Positions 1-7,522 are shown, numbered from the stretch's first letter. The stretch is DNA of 16,572 bases from Candidatus Methylomirabilota bacterium (GCA_046726415.1 JBKPAK010000110.1:1-16572); one strand, 5' to 3'. The notes: generated by a model not told the origin, from the letters alone. Numbers and translations: made by a program.

Positions 1-1
1 G

Positions 2-2047
2 TCGCTTGCCTGTGTCTGCCCGTCGTGCGGGGCAGCCAATCCTCCCGAGAACAAGTTCTGCGGCCAATGCGCAGCACCGCTCGACAAGCCGGCTCAGCCG
101 CGGTTCGCCGCTCCCGAGTCCTACACCCCCACGCACCTCGCTGAGAAGATCCTCACATCCAAGAGGGCGCTTGAAGGCGAACGCAAGCAGGTAACCGTGC
201 TCTTCGCCGATCTGAAGGGCTCCATGGAGTTGCTCGCCGACCGTGATCCTGAGGAGGCGCGCAAGCTGCTCGACCCCGTCCTCGAACGCATGATTGAGGC
301 CGTCCACCGCTACGAGGGAACGGTCAATCAAGTGATGGGCGACGGGATCATGGCCCTCTTCGGCGCCCCACTCGCCCACGAAGACCACGCGGTGCGGGCG
401 TGCTATGCCGCCCTCCGGATGCAGGACGCCGTCCGGCGCTACTCGAACGAGCTTCGCCGCGCGCAGGGCCTGGAGGTGCAGATCCGCGTCGGACTCAACT
501 CCGGGGACGTTGTCGTGCGGTCGATCGAAGCGACCTCCGCATGGACTACGCCGCCGTGGGCCAGACCACCCACCTGGCGGCGCGCATGGAGCAACTCGCG
601 GCGGCCGGCAGCACCCGGCTCACCGCCGAGACGCTGCACCTGGCCGAGGGCTTCGTCCAGATCACCCCACTAGGCCCGGTGCCGATCAAGGGGCTGGGCG
701 AGCCGGTGGAGGTGTTTGAGCTGGTGGGGGCCGGCGCCGCCCGCACCCGCCTCGAGGCCGCAGCGCGGCGGGGGGCTCACGCGCTTCGTCGGCCGGGACG
801 CGGAGCTGGAGCAACTCCGGAGCGCCCTCGACCGGGCCAGGCAGGGCCACGGCCAGGTGGTCGCCGTGGTCGGGGAGCCAGGCGTGGGCAAGTCGCGTCT
901 CTTCTTGGAGCTCACCCACATCGACGTCCGGAATGCGCACTTCTTGATCGGGGAGCGCGAGCCCATGAGAGAGCACCTCTCGCACGCGGAGGTGCTAGCC
1001 AGGAGGCTCGGCGACCAGCAGCGGCTCGGGCGGATCGTCGACTTCATGTGGATCGAGAGCCTGGTTGCTGGTAACTATGAGGAGGCGGCCAGATTCGGGC
1101 GGGAGGCCTGCAGTATCGCGCGCACCCTCGGCAATCGCTCGCTCGAAGTCGTAGCAACGCTGCCGCTGGCCATGGCGCACATCGCTCGGGGCGCGTTCAA
1201 CGACGCGGTGGCCTTGCTCGAGCCGACCATCGGGGTCGAGATAGACCTGCGCTACGAGCGCTTCGCGATACCCGGAATCCAGGCGGCGGTCGCGAGGGGC
1301 TGGCTCTCCAACGCGCTCTCCGAGCTCGGTCGGTTCGACGAGGCCATCGCACACGCCGAGGCCGCCGTGCAGATCGCTGAGGAAGCGGCGAGCAATCCGT
1401 GGACGCTGTACAACGCGCTGTACAGTCTCGGCCTCGCTCACTTCAATCGCGGGGATCTCCCGCGTGCGACCCGGGAGCTCGAGCGGAACCTCGAGCTCTG
1501 CCGAACGTGGGAGATCGTCGTCGGGACGCCGATCGTTGCTGCGACCCTCGGGGCTGCCTATGCCCTCGGCGGCCGGGCCGGTGAGGCGCTCCCCCTCGTC
1601 GCGGAGGCGGTTGAAGAGTTCCGCAGCCGTCAGATGCACGTCCGGCCGGCTTTCATTCTTCTCTACGCGGCGACGAGCTACTTCGCGGCCGGACGGATGG
1701 ACGAGGCCGTCAGCCACACCCGCGACGCCATGGCGCTCACCCGCCGGCTGGGGGCTCGGGGAAGCGAGGCCCACGCCCTCTGCCTCGCCGGTGACGTCGC
1801 GTCGACAGGCGGCGCCGAGGACGCCGAAGGTTACTACCGCGAGGCGCTGGCGCTTGGCGGCGAGCTCGGCATGCGCCCGCTCGTCGCCCACTGCCACTTC
1901 GGCCTCGGCAAGCTCTCCCAGCGCACGGGCAAGCGTGGGCAGGCGCAGGAGCACCTCAGCACCGCGACAACCATGTACCGCGAGATGGACATGCGGTTCT
2001 ACCTCGAGCAGGCGGAGGGGGAGTTGGGAGACCAAGCGAGGCAGTGA
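2..2047 (+). pseudogene. Zinc ribbon + class III adenylate/guanylate cyclase + truncated AAA ATPase + TPR-like protein. 5'-truncated by the window, two frameshifts, internal deletion
   Basis: Frame 2 from nt 2 reads CPSCGAANPPENKFCGQC (zinc ribbon), then GERKQVTVLFADLKGS...MGDGIMALFGAP...RVGLNSG (cyclase). It shifts at about 527 to SDLRMDYAAVGQTTHLAARMEQ, and back at the G6 run 770-775 to GLTRFVGRDAEL...GEPGVGKSRL (Walker A). Ala/Leu-rich TPR-like helices then run to TGA 2047. The frameshifts may be sequencing errors. Confidence 0.9.
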
Positions 2048-2428
2048 GCGAACTTTCTCGCCGTCGATCGCTCCTCACCACCGTCCTGGTGGGCGCCCTC
2101 CTCGCAAACAAAGTCCCGGAGAGCCGCATGCCGAACGAGGACTGAACGCGGCGCACATCAGTAATTGAGGGTGGTCATCGCGTCATCGTCGGCCGGCGGA
2201 TGGAACGAGGGCCGACGCCAGCGATCGATGAGGCCCTCGACAAGGTCATGGTGCTGCGCGCGTGGACGGCCAGGCGGTTAGCGAAGTGAGGGGGATTCGC
2301 GCTTCCGCCCTCACCAGAGCCCAGAAGGAGTCCATGCGCAGCGGGAGATCCCTACGTGAACCAGAGGTACCGCCAGCGCAGCCCATCCAGAGGTCGGACC
2401 AACGGAATGCTGGGGTGCCCGAGGTCCC

Positions 2429-3856
2429 CTATTTGGTCGTGTTCACAAATTGGATGCAGTCTCCCTGGTTCTTGAACGTGGGGTTGGTGAAGGTCTGCCA
2501 ACCCTTGTTTTTGCACTGGTCCTTGTTAGTGGGCCGCTCCAAGACCGCGGTTTGGAACTCGACGGCGCCGATATCGCAAATCCCTATGCGGGCCAATCCG
2601 AGCTGATCAGTTGGCGGGCACGCCTCAGGACTGGCTCTATCTATGGCCTGGCTACTCGCCAGCAGAGGGAAGTGGCCGCCGCCTGGAGTTCCGTCGTCGG
2701 TGAACTCGGCCAAACCGGGATCACCGATGAGATCATTCCCGAGAAGGCTGATCGTACAATACGTGGGATCACCGATCAGGTTATGGTCTAACGAGGTAGT
2801 CGCGCCAAAACAGTCGGGTCCGTTGCAGTTCACACTATCGGGAGGGGGCGGCACCCCCGGCGACAGGCTGAATCTATTGCCGGCCAAGATAGTGTTCTGC
2901 AGTGTCACCATCCCCGTCCCCGGATTCTCGATGCCGCCGCCGCGAAGAAGATGTAGAGCAATAGAAGACGCCGTGTTGTCAGCGAGCGTGCTGTTGGTAA
3001 TCATGACTGTACCAAGGAACCCGTTGGACAATGCTCCTCCGCCGCCACCAAAGACCGCGCCAACCATGGTATTACGAGCCAGTGTGCTGCTCGTAATGCT
3101 CACCGTTCCTTGATTATTCGCGATAGCGCCACCGTGCCCCATATTACCGAAAGTAGAGTTATCAGTAAAGGTGCTGTTGGTCACGGCGAGCATGCCTTGG
3201 CTGTTGTAGATGGCACCTCCCGAGGCGCCGCGGTTAACGCGGAGAAAATTACTGGCAAATGTCGTGTTCGTCACCGTGGTCACGGTGAGTCCGAAGCCAG
3301 CAATGGCGCCACCGTCTCCGAATTGGCCCTGGACGGAGTTTCCCATGAGGACGCTATTCATGATTGACAGGGTCCCAAGGTTTAAGATGGCTCCGCCGGA
3401 GGTATTGAGATCTCCGGGAAGTCTGGCAGCGAAAGCAACGCCGCCTCGTAAGGTGACTTCGTCGAGGATGAGGCTGCCGGTTGACGCAATGTGCACAAGA
3501 CGAAAGAAGAGAGCGGCGCCGTCACGTTCGACAATGGTACGGTCAGCGCCAGCACCACGAAGGGTCACTGTGCTTCTGATCGACGGCAAACCGTTCGCCC
3601 CATCGGTATCGTTGTCCACGGTCGTTAACGCATAAATACCTGGCCCCAGAATGATCGTGTCCTCTTCCGGTGTGTCATTGGCCGAGTTCACCGCGGCTAT
3701 GAGACAGGTGGCGTCTCCAGAAGGACAGAAAAACTCTGCGGCATGCAGCGGATGAGGAAGTACGAAGGCAAAGAGAAGGAGGAGCGTTATCTTTGGTAGC
3801 ATGACGCACCCCACGCAGGGGAGAGTCCGAAAGGACATGATCGCTCGGAAGGCCAT
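2429..3856 (-). CDS. Secreted parallel beta-helix (pectin-lyase-like / Pmp-type GGAI-FxxN repeat) protein with choice-of-anchor-Q-like region and a C-terminal KDQCK...FKNQGDC module
   Basis: GGAGG at 3866-3862 lies 5 nt before ATG 3856 (alternative ATG 3802). Hydrophobic signal LLLLFAFVLPHPLHA. Repeats GGAILN, GGAIAG, GGAIYN, GGAIAN, GGALSN, GGGIEN with FASN/FTDN. Tail DPGL...SQAID...TDQLG...CDIGAVE. Confidence 0.85.
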   Translation of the reverse strand: MAFRAIMSFRTLPCVGCVMLPKITLLLLFAFVLPHPLHAAEFFCPSGDATCLIAAVNSANDTPEEDTIILGPGIYALTTVDNDTDGANGLPSIRSTVTLRGAGADRTIVERDGAALFFRLVHIASTGSLILDEVTLRGGVAFAARLPGDLNTSGGAILNLGTLSIMNSVLMGNSVQGQFGDGGAIAGFGLTVTTVTNTTFASNFLRVNRGASGGAIYNSQGMLAVTNSTFTDNSTFGNMGHGGAIANNQGTVSITSSTLARNTMVGAVFGGGGGALSNGFLGTVMITNSTLADNTASSIALHLLRGGGIENPGTGMVTLQNTILAGNRFSLSPGVPPPPDSVNCNGPDCFGATTSLDHNLIGDPTYCTISLLGNDLIGDPGLAEFTDDGTPGGGHFPLLASSQAIDRASPEACPPTDQLGLARIGICDIGAVEFQTAVLERPTNKDQCKNKGWQTFTNPTFKNQGDCIQFVNTTK

Positions 3857-3895
3857 CAGCTCCTCCGACGAGCGACGGTCAGACAGGTGTCGCGG

Positions 3896-3924
3896 ATACT
3901 GGCTTGGATTCGGCTCGTTGTCAA
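3896..3924 (-). promoter_or_regulatory. Putative sigma70-type promoter for the beta-helix gene
   Basis: Minus strand TTGACA (3924-3919), 17-nt spacer, CAGTAT (3901-3896), about 40 nt upstream of ATG 3856. Confidence 0.55.
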
Positions 3925-3942
3925 GGGTGCAAATGCGCCTGC

Positions 3943-4047
3943 TTATGCGGCCCTGCTCCCTACACCGCACTCCTCCACGCAGTCCGCGTCCGGGTGGACC
4001 TCGCAGACCCAGCCCTCGACGCACTGGCCGCAGGTTTCGGGGGCCAT
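3943..4047 (-). CDS. 34-aa Cys-rich micro-protein, putative zinc binder
   Basis: MAPETCGQCVEGWVCEVHPDADCVEECGVGSRAA: CxxC, GWVCExHP and two further Cys. Starts 5 nt after the stop of the upstream small ORF. May be C-terminally truncated. Confidence 0.5.
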   Translation of the reverse strand: MAPETCGQCVEGWVCEVHPDADCVEECGVGSRAA

Positions 4048-4052
4048 GAGAG

Positions 4053-4208
4053 CTACGTCGAGTGCGGCTCGCGTCGCGGAACCCGAGCGCTCAGCTCGCG
4101 GACTTGCAGGAGTGCGTAGGCGAGCCATTCTTTCAGCTCGGCGATATCCTCGCGCGCCCGGAGCAGCTCGCCCTGGAGTCGCCGGTTCTCGCGCTCGAGG
4201 TCGGTCAC
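4053..4208 (-). CDS. 51-aa coiled-coil micro-protein (not in the ORF track)
   Basis: GTG 4208 to TAG 4053: MTDLERENRRLQGELLRAREDIAELKEWLAYALLQVRELSARVPRREPHST. Heptad Leu pattern. GTGA overlap with the stop of the upstream ORF. Confidence 0.55.
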   Translation of the reverse strand: MTDLERENRRLQGELLRAREDIAELKEWLAYALLQVRELSARVPRREPHST

Positions 4209-4392
4209 TGCGCCAGCACCTTGTCGAGATCAACCCTCTCCGCGATGCGTTCGGTGACATCGATGTCCACTACCGGGCAGCCTTGAACCTCATGTGGTCG
4301 TAGACCTACCGGAGCAAGTCGTCGCGATCGTCAGAACCGACGAGCCGGCGGTGAGTGGCGCAGAGAGCGGACCAACGCGGCAGGCGGGGCAT
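4205..4392 (-). pseudogene. Possible degenerate small ORF of about 62 aa
   Basis: ATG 4392 gives MPRLPRWSALCATHRRLVGSDDRDDLLR*VYDHMRFK. One added base near 4281 continues GCPVVDIDVTERIAERVDLDKVLAQ* to TGA 4205, which overlaps the next GTG. Needs one read-through (TAG 4308-4306) and one frameshift. Confidence 0.3.
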
Positions 4393-4418
4393 AGGGCCGT
4401 CCGTGTACCATCGCGCCC

Positions 4419-4574
4419 GTGCTCGAGGATGCGGACGAGGCGGTCATTTGCAAGTGGTGCTACGGGCCGATCCGAGACGGCGAGGCTCAGCTACGCTTCT
4501 TCGGTATCGCCTACCACCTTCGGTGCTGGGATGCCTCGGTGGAGGCGTTGAGGGTGCCGAGGCGACAGGCGTAA
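4419..4574 (+). CDS. 51-aa single zinc-finger protein, CX2CX18HX2C (LIM-like half domain; not in the ORF track)
   Basis: GTG 4419 to TAA 4574: MLEDADEAVICKWCYGPIRDGEAQLRFFGIAYHLRCWDASVEALRVPRRQA. TACCAT (-10-like, 4406-4411) lies 7 nt before the GTG. No Shine-Dalgarno. Confidence 0.7.
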   Translation: MLEDADEAVICKWCYGPIRDGEAQLRFFGIAYHLRCWDASVEALRVPRRQA

Positions 4575-4601
4575 ACCGAGAGAAGTGACCGCAGAAGAAA
4601 C

Positions 4602-4637
4602 GTGACAGTGAGTATAGCTGGAGGCTATACTTTCTCC
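4602..4637 (+). promoter_or_regulatory. Promoter with overlapping palindromic operator for the XRE gene
   Basis: GTGACA (4602-4607), 18 nt, TATACT (4626-4631). A perfect inverted repeat AGTATAGC (4611-4618) -TGGAG- GCTATACT (4624-4631) covers the -10 box. GTG follows 6 nt later. Confidence 0.7.
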
Positions 4638-4832
4638 GTGGAGCTGAGTAGGGTGGTCCGGACGCTGCGAGAGGAACGAGGAATAACGCAGGTGGTGTTG
4701 GCGCGGAAAGCGAAGATCGCCCAGCCGTACCTCACCCAGATAGAGCAAGGGAAGCGCAAGAACGCATCTCTTGATGTGCTCAAGCGGCTGGCCAAGGCTC
4801 TCGGCGTGCCGGTCACGGAGCTGCTGGAGTAG
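4638..4832 (+). CDS. XRE/Cro-C1 family helix-turn-helix transcriptional regulator (64 aa)
   Basis: MELSRVVRTLREERGITQVVLARKAKIAQPYLTQIEQGKRKNASLDVLKRLAKALGVPVTELLE is a canonical HTH_3 pattern. Start placed at GTG 4638 because the track's upstream extension is the promoter. Confidence 0.92.
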   Translation: MELSRVVRTLREERGITQVVLARKAKIAQPYLTQIEQGKRKNASLDVLKRLAKALGVPVTELLE

Positions 4833-4842
4833 GAGTTAAACG

Positions 4843-5127
4843 ATGGAAAGGGAGAAGTGCAAGTACGAGGCATGTAGCGCTACCGAGCGAGTCGACGACA
4901 AGGGTGCCTGCGCGAAGTGCGCCGAGATCGCTGCGAAGATACGGGACAGGATCATGCAAGGCCTGCTGACTCGGTATGAGCGTCAGGGTAGCCCGGATCG
5001 GATTGCGCGCGAACTTGGGAGGATCTGTGCCGCGTGCGATCAGGAGATTCGAGATGAGTCGCACTGGGTCGCAGGCGACGCCCGTTTCCACGAAGTCTGT
5101 GACGAGATCTGGATGAAGGCGGCCTAA
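4843..5127 (+). CDS. 94-aa protein with two putative zinc sites (CX4CX11CX2C and CX2CX17HX2C)
   Basis: AGGAG RBS directly after the XRE stop. N-terminal CKYEAC...CAKC and C-terminal CAACDQEI...FHEVCDEIW. Confidence 0.8.
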   Translation: MEREKCKYEACSATERVDDKGACAKCAEIAAKIRDRIMQGLLTRYERQGSPDRIARELGRICAACDQEIRDESHWVAGDARFHEVCDEIWMKAA

Positions 5128-5173
5128 CGGGACGCCCCCGCGCGAGGTGGCACTCGCCGGGGAGGAGGAAGGG

Positions 5174-5380
5174 GTGGCGCATCGGATAGGACCATTTCTC
5201 ACTGCCGCGCTGCTGGGACGGTCATTCGTACTGCTATCAGCGGCTTTCGCTGACGTCGTCGAGCTGGACGGGCCAGCGGATCGATGCGACATCGAGAAAC
5301 TCACGCATCGAGAGCCATCCGGAGGCCAGCGAGCAGTCGCGACCACGCTTCAACTGGATCGGTCTACCGAGACGGCGTGA
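5174..5380 (+). pseudogene. Possible N-terminal remnant of an exported protein
   Basis: Strong GGAGGAGG RBS, GTG 5174, signal-like FLTAALLGRSFVLLSAAFA-DVVEL. A shifted frame then reads TGQRIDAT, resembling the common ADxVxLxxGxxIxG mature N-terminus. The similarity then disappears. Confidence 0.35.
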
Positions 5381-5402
5381 TCACCTTCGAGTCGATATTT
5401 CG

Positions 5403-5726
5403 CTACCCGCCAGAGTTCTCATAGATGTTGGGGCCGCCCTCGACCCTTTCGGCAATCAGTTGGCTCCGATCCGGAGCTACGAAGCCGGTGACCAGCACAC
5501 GGTCCCCGGGGCTCAGTGTGTTGTACGACGATTGGTCTACGCGCGCAAGGTCGACCTGTATGCTCAACCCGCTGTCCGCCATCACCTGCATCTTTTCCCC
5601 GTCAATCCATTGAACCGTACCGGTGATGACGAGTCGCTCCTGGCCCGCGAGCCGCCCAGGCAGTAGCCCCAGCATCAGTACGGTCAGGAAGACACCGCAC
5701 CTCGTCATGATACGTTCACGCGGCAT
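5403..5726 (-). CDS. Small exported OB-fold-like protein (DUF5666-like), 107 aa
   Basis: AAGGGAG RBS before ATG 5726, signal-like VFLTVLMLGLLPGRLAG, then ITGTVQWIDG...VDL...LSPGDRVLVTG...LIAERVE. Confidence 0.7.
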   Translation of the reverse strand: MPRERIMTRCGVFLTVLMLGLLPGRLAGQERLVITGTVQWIDGEKMQVMADSGLSIQVDLARVDQSSYNTLSPGDRVLVTGFVAPDRSQLIAERVEGGPNIYENSGG

Positions 5727-6021
5727 ACGGGTCTCCCTTCCTCGGACGACTACTCGTGCCACCGGTGGTGCTGCGGCCAGCTTCACGGGCACTCCTCGAA
5801 CCGGACCTGGCGGTCGCGGCCTCCGTGGATAGAGTACACGACGGGCCTCCATCGGGTCGGCCGCTGATGCAGGTGAGCGACCTGGAGCCTTGCGTTCATC
5901 TCTGACTCTCTTAGGCGGGGGTCGCCCTGGGATCGGGACACTCGCTGCGAGCAGCAGCGATCCCCAGCCGAGGAGGACGCGCCGATCCTCGGGAAGACTC
6001 GTGCGATATGGGCCAGATGTG

Positions 6022-6396
6022 CAACTGTCGCTCGGCATGCGCCAGCGCGTGGCGCTGGCGCGAACGTTTGCCATGCGGTCGCCCATCCTGCTCATGGACG
6101 AGCCGTTCGGAACGCTCAATACCCAGACGAAGCTTCAACTGGAGGACGTGCTCCTCGGGTTGTGGCACGAGGAGCAGCGCACGGTGCTCTTCGTGACCCA
6201 CGATCTGGCCGAGGCCATCGTGCTCTCGGATCGCGTGGTGGTGATGAGCGCGCGGCCCGGGCGCCTGATGGCGGACATCGGCATCGACCTGCCGCGACCG
6301 GTGCGTGCGCTCCAGAAGGATCCTCGCTTTCACGAAATCTATTCCGGGCTCTGGGCCAAGCTGGAAGAGGCGCTGGGCCACGGCGGCCTGTCATGA
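6022..6396 (+). pseudogene. C-terminal half of a nitrate/sulfonate/taurine-type ABC transporter ATP-binding protein
   Basis: QLSLGMRQRVALAR (signature), ILLMDEPFG (Walker B), FVTHDLAEAIVLSDRVVVMSARPG (H-loop). No Walker A upstream in any frame I read. Confidence 0.88.
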
Positions 6397-6657
6397 ATGG
6401 CCTCCGGCGAGCGGCATAGTCACCTCGTCCGCTCGACCGCCATCCCCACCACCTCGCCTTCCTCCCACCAACTCCTGTCTCCATCTGGTGGGGTCGCCTA
6501 GGATCGCCGCGGCAAGTTGGCCGACACATCGGCGCCACGCCGGCAGTGCTGTTTGATCGACGACGCAGTCCCAGCACAGGGTCCCGGATAGCCGCCAGGT
6601 CGGGCGGATGGAATTTAGGCGAAGGACAGGCCTTTGGGAATGCCTATCCGCTCGTGG

Positions 6658-6834
6658 TTTGACGGCGATAGAATGGCGCACGAGCATCTCTACTGAGACC
6701 AGGCCGCGGTGCTGGTGCAGCTCGGGCTCCTGGAGTCGGGAGGGCTGCCCGTGGTAGGGGCGGAGGGCGCGCGATCGGTGCTCGATCGGAGCATCCCCCT
6801 CAAAGAGCTGATTCATCGCGCCAAGGCCCGCTGA
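6658..6834 (+). pseudogene. C-terminal remnant of a SnoaL-like ester cyclase family gene (not in the ORF track)
   Basis: FDGDRMAHEHLY*DQAAVLVQLGLLESGGLPVVGAEGARSVLDRSIPLKELIHRAKAR*. The family motif HEHxYWDQAxVLVQLGLL has its Trp codon replaced by TGA (6694-6696). Confidence 0.75.
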
Positions 6835-6869
6835 CCGCCTCCGATCCGTCGACTCTGGGAGGTGAACCG

Positions 6870-7142
6870 ATGAGCACGGCAGCCAGGAGTAAGGTGGCCA
6901 TTGTCGGCCGGGCGCGAAGGCTGACGCCCAGGACGCGCGCGGCATCGAGGTCCACCTCCGCGTCCCGCGGCCCCCAGGCCGATCCGCGCCTCGCCTGGTA
7001 CGCGGGGCTCGCGCTCATGGCCGCCCTCGAGATCATCGACTGGCCGGTGGCCCTCGTCATCGCGGTGGGACACGAGATCGCTCACCGGGCCCGCAGCCAG
7101 GCCCTGCGCGAGCTGGCCGAGGGGGTCGAAGCCGGTATCTGA
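6870..7142 (+). CDS. Small membrane-associated hypothetical protein (90 aa)
   Basis: GGGAGGTG RBS. Hydrophobic core LAWYAGLALMAALEIIDWPVALVIAVGH, a motif I recall from small actinobacterial-type hypotheticals. Confidence 0.75.
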   Translation: MSTAARSKVAIVGRARRLTPRTRAASRSTSASRGPQADPRLAWYAGLALMAALEIIDWPVALVIAVGHEIAHRARSQALRELAEGVEAGI

Positions 7143-7264
7143 GAGCGCGTCACTCGACGCTCCCTTTCAACCCTGGGGGAAGATCCGATGCGCGCCGCGA
7201 ACTCCGCGATCTCGGCTTATCCAGACCACCGATTCAGACTCAGAACCATACCTGCCCTGACGGG

Positions 7265-7522
7265 TTACGGCCACGGGAGATCGGACGCGTGGAGACACGA
7301 GCGGAGCAGAGCTTGGGATCGGCCGATGCGCTGAAGGGATCTCACGACGTGCAGCGTGAGCGTGACGAGCCCATCGGAATCGATGTTGGACAGCTCGCGT
7401 TTGGCCTGCGCCCAGACGAACTCATCAGGATTGAGCTCCGGCGCGTACCCGGGAAAGCGGTGCACTTCCACGCGGGGATGTCGTTCAAGAAAGGCCCGCA
7501 CGTCCCGACGCCGATGAATCTT
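7265..7522 (-). mobile_element. IS630-family transposase C-terminal fragment
   Basis: IHRRRDVRAFLERHPRVEVHRFPGYAPELNPDEFVWAQAK is the DDE_3 motif PxYAPELNPxExxW. The HTH and first catalytic Asp region are absent. Confidence 0.85.

Noticed and set aside
3943-5127. Calling the micro-gene island a prophage or a restriction-modification controller locus
   Set aside because: No integrase, att repeats, structural genes, methyltransferase or nuclease are visible in the window.
5727-6119. Upstream extensions of ORFs 5403..6119 (-) and 5890..6396 (+)
   Set aside because: Pro/Arg-rich non-coding-like translation. Recognisable coding signal starts at 5726 and about 6022 respectively.
6694-6696. TGA at a conserved Trp position suggesting UGA recoding
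   Set aside because: TGA ends several genes here (2047, 7142, 9488) and Trp is TGG elsewhere. A nonsense change in a fragment is simpler.
7143-7168. Possible terminator hairpin after the 6870..7142 gene
   Set aside because: Bulged short stem and only a CCTTTC tail. Too weak to call.
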